DNA of 52,398 bases from Promethearchaeota archaeon (lineage in GTDB: Archaea; Asgardarchaeota; Lokiarchaeia; Sigyniarchaeales; SOKP01): the NCBI GenBank assembly GCA_019057865.1, contig JAHLWP010000032.1, positions 1-52,398 on the forward strand, in the 5' to 3' direction. The notes below the pieces were generated by a model that ran no database searches, was not told the origin of the DNA, and saw only the letters and a program-made list of their open reading frames with translations. Made by a program: the position numbers and the translations under genes. Below are positions 38,580-49,554 of this stretch, in pieces. Numbering within the stretch: the first letter of the stretch is position 1; each line of letters starts with the position of its first letter.

Positions 38580-40115
38580 TTAAGAAAATTTAGTTCGATA
38601 CTCTGAATATTTTACAAGCATACTCATACATTTAGGTGCCTCATCCCATAATTCAAATATTGGAATATCATGGTTTAGAAATTCTTTATATAAAGGATAA
38701 GAATATAACTGTGGACCGCAAAAAAACATAGGAATCGATTTTTTACGCACGAATCGAATTAATGGCTTGAGGAAACCAGGATAAAAAATTTTAGAGAAAT
38801 TTTTAATCATTTTATCGACAGAACTTCCGGATTTTTCGATTATATTAATTACTTCTCCAAAATCCCAAACACCGTCAAACAGAATACAATCAACTTCATC
38901 AGAATTCATTATTAATTTAGGTAGTGTTACAAAAAACTCATAAAAGTTCTCAAAAAAGGTTATATCAATTGGATTAGACCCACTTGCGGTATGAGGTATG
39001 TAATTCGATATTTCCTTTTGTAACTCCTTGGAAAATTCTGGAACTACCAATCCATATAAATCACATGTTTTTGTCATTAATGTGGCAGAGCCACCAGATG
39101 ACGTTATAATTCCAACTCGTTTTCCCTTTGGAAAAATATTATATGATTGGGCATATAAAAGAGTTCTAAGATAATAAAGGAAATCTATAACAGAATTAGT
39201 AGAAATTATACCCGTTTCTTTAAAAACTCCCTCATATATTTTACTATCTCCTGCAATTGCTCCTGTATGACTCATAATTGATCTGGTCGCTGCTTCTGTT
39301 CCACCTGCGTATATTCCTACAATCGGTTTTATGGATGTAATTTCTTTTGCTAATCTGATAAATTCTTTGCCACGCTTGACTTCCTCAATATATAATCCAA
39401 TAATGTCTGTTTGGGGATCATTCTTACAGAACTCTAAAATGTCAACCATATCAATATTTCGCTCATTTCCTATAGAGATAGACTTGCCAATTTTAACACC
39501 TATATTTTTTGCTTTCCAGAAAATTTGAGCTGCAATAGTACCAGATTGGCTGATAATAGATATCTTACCCAGATCAGGTACAAAATATGGCCAAAATGTC
39601 ATAAGGTATTGTTCATTAGTATCTAATCCATACCAACCATTATATACCCCTAAACAATTAGGACCGATGAATCTTATATTATATCTTTTAGCAATTTCGT
39701 CAATTTTTTTAGATAGGTCACTTCCATCTGAATGGCGACTTTCCCTAAAACCTCCAGATGTAATTATTGCCCTTTTTATTCCTTTCTTCCCACATTCCTC
39801 TAAAACAATAGGAACAATGTGCGGTGGTAAAATAATAAAAGCTAAATCAGGGATTTCAGGGAGATCTAAAACAGATTTATATGCTTTATAACCTTGAACT
39901 TCTTCTAATTTTGGGTGTATTGGATAGATCTTTCCTTTAAATCCAGATTTAATATTTCGCATTTGCATTGATCCCATTGTACTTAAAAGATCGTTATTTG
40001 CTCCAAAAATACATATACTCTCAGGATTTAAGATTTTATAAAGAAAGTGATCTGTTATCTGATTTTCACTTGCTTTTAAAGGTTGAGCAGAAGATTGTTC
40101 TTTAGTATTAGTCAA
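38580..40115 (-). CDS. Acyl-CoA synthetase (NDP-forming) alpha subunit / CoA-binding protein
   Basis: LNPESICIFGA, IGPNCLG, SQSG, SHTGAIAG (phospho-His), SSGG, NPID. Confidence 0.9.
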   Translation of the reverse strand: MTNTKEQSSAQPLKASENQITDHFLYKILNPESICIFGANNDLLSTMGSMQMRNIKSGFKGKIYPIHPKLEEVQGYKAYKSVLDLPEIPDLAFIILPPHIVPIVLEECGKKGIKRAIITSGGFRESRHSDGSDLSKKIDEIAKRYNIRFIGPNCLGVYNGWYGLDTNEQYLMTFWPYFVPDLGKISIISQSGTIAAQIFWKAKNIGVKIGKSISIGNERNIDMVDILEFCKNDPQTDIIGLYIEEVKRGKEFIRLAKEITSIKPIVGIYAGGTEAATRSIMSHTGAIAGDSKIYEGVFKETGIISTNSVIDFLYYLRTLLYAQSYNIFPKGKRVGIITSSGGSATLMTKTCDLYGLVVPEFSKELQKEISNYIPHTASGSNPIDITFFENFYEFFVTLPKLIMNSDEVDCILFDGVWDFGEVINIIEKSGSSVDKMIKNFSKIFYPGFLKPLIRFVRKKSIPMFFCGPQLYSYPLYKEFLNHDIPIFELWDEAPKCMSMLVKYSEYRTKFS

Positions 40116-40279
40116 AATTAATACCTATCATTGAAATAATTTGTTCTAATTTAACAATAATAGTTCAAGGAATCAATAAAATCTTAAGAAGTTTATTTTT
40201 ATGTAATATATCTATGAGATAATTCTGACATAATTGATCTTTTTGCCTTTTACTATTTATTTAAGAGATAATTAAAAAA

Positions 40280-40810
40280 TCATTTTTTACCTGTTGATCC
40301 AAAACCTCCTAAGCCACGTTGAGAAGCAGGTAACTCTTCAGTTTCAATAAACTCAAAATTATGCATTTTTCCAAGAATTATTTGACAAATTCGATCTCCT
40401 TGCTTTAAAGTAACCTCTCTATTTGAAAGATTTACGACAATAGCCATCCATTCATTTCTATATCCTGAATCAATTGTTCCAGGGCTATTTACAATAGAGA
40501 TCCCTTCCCATAAAGCTAAACCACTTCGAGGGACAACTTTAAAATAGTATCCCTCAGGAATCGCAGTAGAAAACCCTAAAGGACATCCAATTCTCTCTAA
40601 TGGTTTTAAGGTATATGCATCAGTGTTAATATCAACTAACTCACGTTTACCATTTTCGCTATATATTTTCTTAAATCCCATAATACGAGCATCAGAGCCA
40701 GCATCACCTAGTTTTGAAGGTTGAGGTATAATTAACTCTTTATTTAGTTTTTTTAATGGAATTGATATTTTTTGAGGGTTTTTCGATGAAAAATTTGTCT
40801 TATTTCTCAT
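40280..40810 (-). CDS. dut: dUTP diphosphatase (trimeric)
   Basis: AGSD, PRSG, GTIDSGYR, DRICQ, RGLGGFGSTG. Confidence 0.95.
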   Translation of the reverse strand: MRNKTNFSSKNPQKISIPLKKLNKELIIPQPSKLGDAGSDARIMGFKKIYSENGKRELVDINTDAYTLKPLERIGCPLGFSTAIPEGYYFKVVPRSGLALWEGISIVNSPGTIDSGYRNEWMAIVVNLSNREVTLKQGDRICQIILGKMHNFEFIETEELPASQRGLGGFGSTGKK

Positions 40811-40965
40811 TTTAGATCACTTTTTATTATACTATAAAATAAAAAAGAGTTGTTATTAAAGAACAATTAAAAACCAGAGAAAAAAAATCTTATAAAACCA
40901 TAATTCATTAGAAGAAATATTAGTTTATTTATTAAGAGAAAAACATTTCTTTATGTGAGAAAATC

Positions 40966-41421
40966 ATGTTAATAATTGATAGATATGACCCTCGTTTAGA
41001 TAAAGAAGCTTTAAAGGAAATTTTTGAAGATTTTATTGAGAATAAGTCTTATTTTTTTTCACATTGGCAAAAATTTGAAGAAGAATTGAACATGAGACTA
41101 TTAGACCTAAAATATCGAAATTCTATGATAGTAGCTAAAGAAGATGGGAAAATGATTGGTTGGGGGACATATACAATATTTAGAGATTATTTAGGCTATG
41201 AACGCGTTATTATTCACCAGATTTTAACAAGAAAAGAAGATTCATATAAAAAGGGGATTGAAGAGCAAATTATTCGTGAGCTCCAATTATACATTAAAAG
41301 AACTTTGAAAAATGATAAAGTCTACTTTATATGCCCTGACTCTGACGGAGCTTTAAGGAGTGTATTTTTAAAAATTGGAGCTAAGAAATCAAAACATATT
41401 TGGTATGAAAACGATATTTAA
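40966..41421 (+). CDS. GNAT-fold protein
   Basis: MIVAKEDGKMIGW, YKKGIEEQII, FLKIG. Confidence 0.6.
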   Translation: MLIIDRYDPRLDKEALKEIFEDFIENKSYFFSHWQKFEEELNMRLLDLKYRNSMIVAKEDGKMIGWGTYTIFRDYLGYERVIIHQILTRKEDSYKKGIEEQIIRELQLYIKRTLKNDKVYFICPDSDGALRSVFLKIGAKKSKHIWYENDI

Positions 41422-41460
41422 TTAAGTTTTAAGATTAATTAACCTTCTTTTTAAGAAATA

Positions 41461-41976
41461 ATGGGAGAAAATGATATTTCAATTGAAAAAGCGAACGAAT
41501 TGAAAAACCAAGAAAAATTCGAAGAATCTTTAAAGATTTTAGAAGAGCTCTATAAGAATTTCCCTAATTCTGAAAAAATTAAAAAAGAGCTAATAGTTAC
41601 ACTCTTTTCTTATGGAGGATACCTTAATGATGAATACATTTTAGAATATGAAAAAGCAAAAAATATTTTTAAAAAAACAATAGAAATTGACCCTAATAAT
41701 TATAGAGCTCACTATAATCTTGGAATTGCGTATTTTAATTTAGGTGAAATGAAGAAAGCGAAAAATGCCTATAAAATGGCAATAAAAATTAAACCTGATT
41801 ATAAACATTGTCATTACAACATAGGGTTAATTTATGAAACAATGGGAGATTTTAAACATGCCTTAAATCAATATGAAAAAGCTTTGAAAATCGATCCAAA
41901 TTTCACTTATGCGCTTCATGCAAGAAATCAAATTAGGAAGTTAATAGATGAATTAAAGAACACTTCAGAAAATTGA
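41461..41976 (+). CDS. Tetratricopeptide repeat protein
   Basis: IDPNNYRAHYNLGIAY, IKPDYKHCHYNIG, ALKIDPNF. Confidence 0.88.
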   Translation: MGENDISIEKANELKNQEKFEESLKILEELYKNFPNSEKIKKELIVTLFSYGGYLNDEYILEYEKAKNIFKKTIEIDPNNYRAHYNLGIAYFNLGEMKKAKNAYKMAIKIKPDYKHCHYNIGLIYETMGDFKHALNQYEKALKIDPNFTYALHARNQIRKLIDELKNTSEN

Positions 41977-41981
41977 ACTAA

Positions 41982-42113
41982 TTATTTTTTTATTAATTTA
42001 TTATGTATAATGCAACAAATAATTAGAATAACCAATAATATAATACCTCCTATAACATATCTCATTACCTTTGGATCAGAAAGATAATCTAAGATATCTT
42101 CTAACTGAAACAT
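41982..42113 (-). CDS. Small single-TM protein, 43 aa (not in ORF track)
   Basis: MFQLEDILDYLSDPKVMRYVIGGIILLVILIICCIIHNKLIKK*; AAGGGT upstream. Confidence 0.5.
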   Translation of the reverse strand: MFQLEDILDYLSDPKVMRYVIGGIILLVILIICCIIHNKLIKK

Positions 42114-42290
42114 TTAAACCCTTTTTAAAATATTTAAAATCTAAGTATACAAAATTATAATTTAATTTTAACAAATAAGAATATTTAAATTTTTTTTTAT
42201 GAAATTAATATTCTTTTGGAAATATGGTTTTCAAAAACTATAAAATAATAGAAAATGAAAAAAAAAAAAATTTGAAAATTAAATAATATT

Positions 42291-42528
42291 TTATCTCTCT
42301 AATTGAAAATTAACTTGAACTCTGACTCTGTAGATGAGCTTATCAATATCTTCTTTAGTCAAGATTGGGAGACCCAAAATTCTTTTTAACTTTTACGTCA
42401 GATTCAAGTATCTGGATATTTCGTATGCCACGTAGAGATTTTTTCGCTTCCTCGTAGCAAACTTTAACTGCATCAGCCCAATTTTTTTCAGAAGTTCCTA
42501 CTAACTGAATACTTTTATAAACAGTCAT
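42291..42528 (-). pseudogene. Dodecin (flavin-binding) frameshifted by a 31-nt insertion
   Basis: Removing 31 nt gives MTVYKSIQLVGTSEKNWADAVKVCYEEAKKSLRGIRNIQILESDVKVKEDIDKLIYRVRVQVNFQLER (68 aa, dodecin pattern). Confidence 0.85.
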
Positions 42529-42721
42529 TTTGATTTCACTTTGATTTTGATTTTTTTTGTAAGTTAATTTGTTATAGGTTAATATTTAAATATTTCGCAG
42601 AAAACAGATATATCTGAAGGATTTTATTAATAGAAATTGAAACATATTAAAAAAGAAATATAAGATAAAGCAAAAATAAAAAAATATAAAAAAAAATATG
42701 ATAGATTTATTTTAATTGATT

Positions 42722-44005
42722 TTAGGCATCCATATTCTCTATAATCGTTGCAACTCCCTGTCCGCCCCCCACACAGGCATTTGCAACACCATACTTAGCA
42801 TTCTTATCTTTTAAAATACGAGCAAGAGTGCCTGGTAATCTAATCATTGTTGCTCCTAAAGGATGCCCAATCGCAGTAGATCCTCCCATTACATTAACTT
42901 TCTCTTCAGGAATATTAAAAACTTTCATGCAGTTTAAAGCTACAATTGTAAATGCTTCATTTATTTCCCAATAATCGATATCATCTGCAGTTAGGCCAGC
43001 GTATTTCAATGCTTTTTCTGTTGCTGGGACAGGACCACGCCCCATTACCGTAGGATCTACTCCTGCCCATCCAATCGATATAATTCTAGCCAATGGCACA
43101 ATTCCTCGCTTTTTAGCTTCTTCTGCCTCCATTAAAAGACATACAGTCGCACCAGCATTTAGTGGAGAAGAATTACCAGCTGTAATTACTCCTTCTGTAG
43201 TCCCTTCTCTTTCTTTATAACCAGCTCTACCACCATTCTTTTTTAAGAAAAATGGTTTAGATAATCTTCTTAATCCAGCTACACCTTCCATGGTAGATTT
43301 TCTAGCGGCCATATCTCGGTCTATTATCATTGGTTCTTCGACATTGCCTTCAGCATGGCCTTCAATGGGAATAATCTCACCTTTAAACCATCCAGCTTCA
43401 TGATTTTCTACTGTTAAATTATGGGCTCTCACTCCAAATTTATCTAAGTCCTCCTTAGTAAAAGCAGGTATTTCTTCTTCATATAGTTTTTGTGCTGTTT
43501 GGAGCATATTTATCGTGGTGAGTAAATCATATTGAGGTCTATACCACTCACTTTGCTTATTAATCAATTTTAAATTGGGGCGAACGTGATCATTCTGCAT
43601 ATCTACACGTGTCATATGTTCTACACCACCAGCTAAACATGTTTTACTATGGCCCGTCATTATTTCCATAATTCCTACATGCATTCCACTGCCAGCAGAT
43701 CCACATTGTCTGTCAACAAACATAGCAGGAACTTCTACGGGAAAATTCGCTAAAAATAATGGAAGTCTACCCCCATAAGTCCAATTTTCATACACACCCA
43801 TAGCAGTACCTACTGTGAATTCATCAATATCTTTCTTCTCAATTCCTTTATCTGCTAGTTTCTGATCAAAGAATTTTACTAATAATCTAGCCAAGAGCTC
43901 ATCGCTTCTAATTTCACCAAAAACATCTCTTTCCGGTTGTTTTGGTCTAGAACGAGAAAATGCTGTTCGAGCATAATCAATCATCCATACTTCTTTTAAT
44001 TCCAT
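42722..44005 (-). CDS. Acetyl-CoA C-acyltransferase (thiolase)
   Basis: DRQCGS, TAGNSS, EINEAF, GHPLGA, ACVGGGQG. Confidence 0.95.
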   Translation of the reverse strand: MELKEVWMIDYARTAFSRSRPKQPERDVFGEIRSDELLARLLVKFFDQKLADKGIEKKDIDEFTVGTAMGVYENWTYGGRLPLFLANFPVEVPAMFVDRQCGSAGSGMHVGIMEIMTGHSKTCLAGGVEHMTRVDMQNDHVRPNLKLINKQSEWYRPQYDLLTTINMLQTAQKLYEEEIPAFTKEDLDKFGVRAHNLTVENHEAGWFKGEIIPIEGHAEGNVEEPMIIDRDMAARKSTMEGVAGLRRLSKPFFLKKNGGRAGYKEREGTTEGVITAGNSSPLNAGATVCLLMEAEEAKKRGIVPLARIISIGWAGVDPTVMGRGPVPATEKALKYAGLTADDIDYWEINEAFTIVALNCMKVFNIPEEKVNVMGGSTAIGHPLGATMIRLPGTLARILKDKNAKYGVANACVGGGQGVATIIENMDA

Positions 44006-44213
44006 TTTAAAATATCACCAATCTTAAGTATATTTTATTAATTTTTGATCAATAAAATTTCAATATTAATTTTCTGAATTATAAAAAAATATTAAACTTT
44101 TTGATAATGAGTAGGAGTTTTTTCGTAGTTAATATTTTTCTTTTCGAAAATTTAGGTAATGCTATTAAGATACTATTAGAATTATTTTTATTCATAGAAT
44201 ATTTAGATATAAT

Positions 44214-44636
44214 ATGCCTAAACCAAACATAGACAATAGAGACAAAACTTTAATTTCCATGATAGCTGGTAGTACTTCAGATAAAGAAGTTTACGAAAAA
44301 ACGGAGAAAGTTTTAAAAGAAAATAATATAAAGTACGATCTTCAAATTATTTCTGCTCATCTAGATCCTGAAAAATTGGATGAATATATAAAGAATTGTG
44401 AATCGTTAATCTATATTGCTATAGCAGGATTATCAGCAGCTTTACCTGGTGTAATTGCTTCTAAAACAGATAAACCAGTGATTGGAGTACCAGTTAGTGC
44501 TAAATTAGGTGGATTAGATGCATTATTATCAATAGTTCAAATGCCTCCAAGAGTTCCTGTGGCTTGTGTAGGAATAGATCGAGGTGAAAACGCTGCATAC
44601 TTGGCAGTTAGAATTCTAAATCTTCTAAAAAAATAA
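44214..44636 (+). CDS. purE: AIR carboxylase / N5-CAIR mutase
   Basis: [29 protein letters not shown]. Confidence 0.93.
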   Translation: MPKPNIDNRDKTLISMIAGSTSDKEVYEKTEKVLKENNIKYDLQIISAHLDPEKLDEYIKNCESLIYIAIAGLSAALPGVIASKTDKPVIGVPVSAKLGGLDALLSIVQMPPRVPVACVGIDRGENAAYLAVRILNLLKK

Positions 44637-44650
44637 ATTGATTGATAATT

Positions 44651-45358
44651 ATGTCTAAAGAGTTAATAGAAATCGGAAAGAAAAATGCTGCTACAAAAGC
44701 AGTAGGAGAAAATGTTAAAAAAAATATGATTATAGGAATTGGAAGTGGTTCAACAATCGTTTATGCCATAGAAATAATTGTTGAAATGAATCGAAAAGAA
44801 CTTTTAAACGTAAAATGCATTCCTTCTTCTTATCAATCTTACCAATTGATTTTAAATAATGGATTAGAATTAGCTTCAATGGATCAATATCCTGAAATTG
44901 ATTTGGTTATAGATGGTGCTGATGAAATTGATAAAAATCTTAATTTGATTAAAGGAGGAGGAGGTTGTTTGGTCCAAGAAAAGATTTTAGCCTCGAATTC
45001 TAAAAACTTAGTCATTATCGCGGATTTTAGAAAAAATTCGGAAAAATTGGGTATGAATTGGAAAAAAGGAGTGCCAATTGAAGTGATTCCTATGGCTTAT
45101 GTTCCGTTAATGAAAAAATTAGAAAAAATGGGGGGAAAACCCATTCTCCGAATGGCTCAATCAAAAAGTGGACCTTTAATTACTGATAATAGTAATTTTA
45201 TAATTGATGTAGATTTTGGAATAATAGATAATCCTGTAGTACTAAATAATAAAATTCTGCCAATACCAGGTGTAGTTGACACAGGATTTTTTATAAATAT
45301 GGCTTCTAAAGCATATATAGGACAAAAAGACGGAAAAGTCTTAGTCCTACAAAAATAA
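44651..45358 (+). CDS. rpiA: Ribose-5-phosphate isomerase A
   Basis: GIGSGST, DGADE, KGGGG, EK, TDN; ATG 44651 preferred. Confidence 0.95.
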   Translation: MSKELIEIGKKNAATKAVGENVKKNMIIGIGSGSTIVYAIEIIVEMNRKELLNVKCIPSSYQSYQLILNNGLELASMDQYPEIDLVIDGADEIDKNLNLIKGGGGCLVQEKILASNSKNLVIIADFRKNSEKLGMNWKKGVPIEVIPMAYVPLMKKLEKMGGKPILRMAQSKSGPLITDNSNFIIDVDFGIIDNPVVLNNKILPIPGVVDTGFFINMASKAYIGQKDGKVLVLQK

Positions 45359-45393
45359 TAAAAATTAAAATTTTTAATTAGTTTCTTCTTTTT

Positions 45394-48300
45394 CTACAAA
45401 AATTTAAGGGATTCTCCACAATATGGGCAGAATTTCTTAGCTATCTCTATATGATGTCCACAGAATGGACAAAAGATACCTTTCCCTTGTTGTAAACTAT
45501 GTAATGGAGTAATGGTCTCATAAGCTTCATCATCACCATATATTTTCCGTTGTTCCTCAATTGGTGCTTGATAATAATATTCTTGATAATCAGGTTGAGA
45601 AACTCTTTTATATTTATTCCTTCTTGTAAAATAAATTCCAAGGCTAACTATAACTACAACTGCAGCTATTGCTATAACGATTAAAAGAATCATAGAGATA
45701 TCTAATGGTTCTTCAGATATTTTCAAGATAATTACAAATTCTTCATATCCGCCTTCACTATCGTAAACCGTAATTAATAATATCCCTAAATATCCCTTAT
45801 TAGTGGACATATCAAAACTGGCTGCTGTGGATTTAGATTTTGTCCCAGCGATTGAATTATATTCCATTGTATTTGGAATTGTAAAAGACCCAACATGTTT
45901 ATCTAAAGTAGATTGATAATTAATCTCATTAACTACTATAGATGATGGAAATATGATAATAATAAATCCATCATCTGTCACAGAACAAATGAAGAGGTTT
46001 ACAAAGATTCTCATATCTGCATTATCATCTTCATAATTAACAGAATCAGAAACAGCGATTTCAAAATTAAATTTAATTCCCTGATTAACAGAATATACAT
46101 ATGACCCTAAATCTGAATGAGTTTCATCAAAAGTTACGGTACCTCCACCTTTATAACTAAAAATAGAGCTAGATTCTAGAAATTCTGGTGGATTATTAAC
46201 AATTTCAAAAGCTTGTCTGGGCGACATAGGATTAGTATAATTGGAGTTGGTTGGTAAAATGTAAAACACAGCATAACCAGATGGATCTGTTGGTTCAGGA
46301 TCGTATGTTTCTCTATAAAAATTAGTTGAAAGAACATTACTAAATGTTAGGGTTTTGTTTACTGATTGTTTAGTATTGTAAAAAGAATCAGGGTATATAG
46401 TTAAATAACCCTCTATATCTCCATATGTAGATTTGTCTAACTCAGCGGTTAAGGTTATCGATTGAAAGTTTGCTCTTGTTATTTCTTTTACATTAGTTTC
46501 TAAATAGTTAATTTTAGGGACTTCATTAGTATCATAAAAAAGAATTTTGGAAGATTTGCTGTAAATTGTTGATCCAATTGTTACATTTACTTCTATTGTG
46601 TAAGGTACATAACTGGGGTTAGGCAAATTAAAACTATAATTAAAATATATACCATATTCTTCCAAAGAAGTATTTAAGGCGATACTCCTAAAGTATGAAT
46701 CATTATTAAAACTCAAAGTTAAAGAACTATAATCGGCATAAGTTATTGGAAATTCTGATGTTTGGTTCTTCAAATATATGGTTAAATCAATTTGCGAATT
46801 AGATGTTCTTTCAGAATACATACCAATATTGATTGAAACCTCATCTTCAGAGAAAAAATAATCCATTATATTCATTAATAAATTTTGATGATCTTGGGAG
46901 TAATTCGATAACTTATATTCGTTGAAGATCCAATGTAAATCTCCAAAAGCTATAAACCGTCCTGTATCACTTCCATTATAAATAGCAGCGACAGTTTTAC
47001 CATCAATTGAGGCAATTGATTCCGCATTAATCCCTAAATTAAAAGTATTTCCATATTCCCAAATAAATTTATTTACATCTTTGAAAATTAATGTATTATT
47101 GAAATTTGTAACATCTTGAGAACTTACAGTATTACCAATCCCCAACCAGTTATCATTCATCACATTCTCTTCATTAATTTGAATATCTAACTGTAATTCT
47201 TTAAATAAATAATTAATATTTTCCAAAATTAAATCTTGAAAACGAGTTCCTAGAAAGAGGAGATTGCCACCATCATCAAAATAATTATTAAGATTTTCTA
47301 TTTCTAACGTACTATATGGCAAAACTGGATTTTGTAATATAATTAAATCGTATTGTGCTAATCTTTCTTCAGTTAATAACGAATTACTCGTGTCTTTATC
47401 ATAATCAGGTGTCCAATACTCCATACCATAATCAATTGATATATTTAAATCAGATAAATCAGCCATAACCTCATAAAAACCCATTTGGTAAAATGAAGAG
47501 TTTGGAAACCAATCATTCAATCCATGATACGATTCCATTAATATATTATGCTCAGGTAATCGAATATCTAACGAAACATTAACAGTATCATATATTTCAC
47601 TTCCATTAGTTAAATTTAATTGAAAATTTTTAATACCAGGAATTGCATCTTCATTAATTTTTACATCTAATTCAATAAAATCAATTCCAGAATTAGTAAA
47701 ATTTATAGTTAACTTATCAAGAGAAAATGAAACACCTTCAATTACACTTGGTACATCTATATTAAAAGAGTTATTTTTACCAGAAATGACCGTTAAATTA
47801 AATTTTTGATGATCTCCTGGAAAATGTAATAGATCGTATGGTTTAATGGGTATATTATCAGGATAAATCTTGGAAATATTGTTATAATCTGTTTCTAAAC
47901 CATTTAAATACTCTAGAGAAGCAGATACATTAATTAAACCTAACCCTGATTTAAGAAAATCATCTTCCTCTTCACTTGAAAGCTTTTTTGCCCCTTCCAA
48001 TAGAGCTATCCTAGCTGATTCGGGTGAAAGGTTAGGAAAGGCATCTAGTAAAACCGCTAATGCACCTGAAACCACAGGACAAGACATACTAGTTCCACTT
48101 AGAGGTATATAATCAGCATCTCCAGAAAAATCGAAATAGTCTCCTATATAAAGCATTTCTTTTGAAATAATGGAATCTTTAGCATTTGCAGATATAATGT
48201 CAACTCCAGGAGCAACAACATCTGGGTAATTTAAATAATTAAATGTTGGTCCCCAACTACTAAAATATGCTAACCTATTTTTTACATCTGTAGCCCCTAC

Positions 48301-49401
48301 TGATATTACATCAATACCAGAAGCTGGTGTTGACCCCGTGAAATATTCCGGACCAGAATTACCTGCTGATGCTACAAAAATAACTCCATAGTCCTTCTTA
48401 GCATTTGATATTGCCTGAGTGATTGAATCAGAAATGATTGGATAACCCCCACCAAAACTCATTGAAATAATATCCGCTCCAGCTCCTCCTGAGACAACTG
48501 GTTCAGAACACCATTCAATAGCACTGATTATATCTCCTTCTGCTAATCCAGAGGCATTACCGGCTCTAGCATTTATTAACATTACCCCTGGCGCAACTCC
48601 TTTATATTCTCCTGAAGATCCACCTCCATTGCCACCAATTATACCACCAACATGAGTACCATGTCCAATGTCATCATTATAATTTAAATAACTCTCATCA
48701 GTCACGAAATTTCTGTTTTCAACGATATTTAAATCAGGATGATCATATATTCCGGTATCAATAACAGCAACTCTTACACCAGAACCATTATAAGATAAAT
48801 CTTCTGCCCCAATGGCCGATAACCACCAATTAGGGTAAGAATCTTTACTTAAAGCATTTATTTGAGGAGAAGTCTCTATAATATAAGGATTCTGATACAT
48901 CTCTGACTTGTATATTCGTTGAATTGCTTTGAAGTCTTTTAAAACATCCATTTCTTCTATAAGTTCGTACACATTTAATTTTAAATAGATCGCAGAAATT
49001 ATATCATAATTGTTTATTATTTCGTAATTGTTAAAGATTGAATCTATTGTCTCAACCCTTTTATCCCTACTAATCTTATCGTCAAAATGAATAATAATTT
49101 TCACTTTTTGAAGACTATTTTGCTTCTGCAAATAGAAACTTTGTAAGAAATTCTTTAGCGAATTATCAAAAATAGTAGATTCCTCCTCTCTATATGACTC
49201 TGAATTTAAATTCACAAAATCTAAATCCTCGGCTTGAGAAGAAGGCAAGAGTTCTAAGTTAAAAGTATCTATTTGATTTAAATTAGAGTTTTCATAATTA
49301 TAATATCCCAATCTGTTTAAAGAGATAAACTGAGAGCCAATAAATGCAACAAATAGAATTAAAACAAGACTTTTATTTTTGAATTTTATCATAGGATACA
49401 C
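45394..49401 (-). CDS. Membrane-anchored S8 (subtilisin-like) serine protease with C-terminal zinc ribbon
   Basis: VIDTG, HGTHVGG, AGNSG, GTSMS; central DUF4350/GldG-like segment (YDLIIL...GGNLLFLG...GRFIAFGD); TM; CPFC-x10-CPYC. Confidence 0.92.
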   Translation of the reverse strand: MYPMIKFKNKSLVLILFVAFIGSQFISLNRLGYYNYENSNLNQIDTFNLELLPSSQAEDLDFVNLNSESYREEESTIFDNSLKNFLQSFYLQKQNSLQKVKIIIHFDDKISRDKRVETIDSIFNNYEIINNYDIISAIYLKLNVYELIEEMDVLKDFKAIQRIYKSEMYQNPYIIETSPQINALSKDSYPNWWLSAIGAEDLSYNGSGVRVAVIDTGIYDHPDLNIVENRNFVTDESYLNYNDDIGHGTHVGGIIGGNGGGSSGEYKGVAPGVMLINARAGNASGLAEGDIISAIEWCSEPVVSGGAGADIISMSFGGGYPIISDSITQAISNAKKDYGVIFVASAGNSGPEYFTGSTPASGIDVISVGATDVKNRLAYFSSWGPTFNYLNYPDVVAPGVDIISANAKDSIISKEMLYIGDYFDFSGDADYIPLSGTSMSCPVVSGALAVLLDAFPNLSPESARIALLEGAKKLSSEEEDDFLKSGLGLINVSASLEYLNGLETDYNNISKIYPDNIPIKPYDLLHFPGDHQKFNLTVISGKNNSFNIDVPSVIEGVSFSLDKLTINFTNSGIDFIELDVKINEDAIPGIKNFQLNLTNGSEIYDTVNVSLDIRLPEHNILMESYHGLNDWFPNSSFYQMGFYEVMADLSDLNISIDYGMEYWTPDYDKDTSNSLLTEERLAQYDLIILQNPVLPYSTLEIENLNNYFDDGGNLLFLGTRFQDLILENINYLFKELQLDIQINEENVMNDNWLGIGNTVSSQDVTNFNNTLIFKDVNKFIWEYGNTFNLGINAESIASIDGKTVAAIYNGSDTGRFIAFGDLHWIFNEYKLSNYSQDHQNLLMNIMDYFFSEDEVSINIGMYSERTSNSQIDLTIYLKNQTSEFPITYADYSSLTLSFNNDSYFRSIALNTSLEEYGIYFNYSFNLPNPSYVPYTIEVNVTIGSTIYSKSSKILFYDTNEVPKINYLETNVKEITRANFQSITLTAELDKSTYGDIEGYLTIYPDSFYNTKQSVNKTLTFSNVLSTNFYRETYDPEPTDPSGYAVFYILPTNSNYTNPMSPRQAFEIVNNPPEFLESSSIFSYKGGGTVTFDETHSDLGSYVYSVNQGIKFNFEIAVSDSVNYEDDNADMRIFVNLFICSVTDDGFIIIIFPSSIVVNEINYQSTLDKHVGSFTIPNTMEYNSIAGTKSKSTAASFDMSTNKGYLGILLITVYDSEGGYEEFVIILKISEEPLDISMILLIVIAIAAVVVIVSLGIYFTRRNKYKRVSQPDYQEYYYQAPIEEQRKIYGDDEAYETITPLHSLQQGKGIFCPFCGHHIEIAKKFCPYCGESLKFL

Positions 49402-49554
49402 ATGTTAGTTTATGTATTTATTTGTTCTTTTAATATCCTAAAAACATAATTTTTTAAAAAATTATATATTCTAATATTCTAGAAGAATCACGGTAATTTA
49501 AGGGCAAATTTCATACTTTGAATAGAGATTAAAGGGATATTTAACAGTAGTGAT

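Noticed and set aside
42358-42384. Canonical bulge-helix-bulge mRNA intron in dodecin
   Set aside because: The outer helix is only ~1 bp and the predicted 20-nt excision does not restore the frame.
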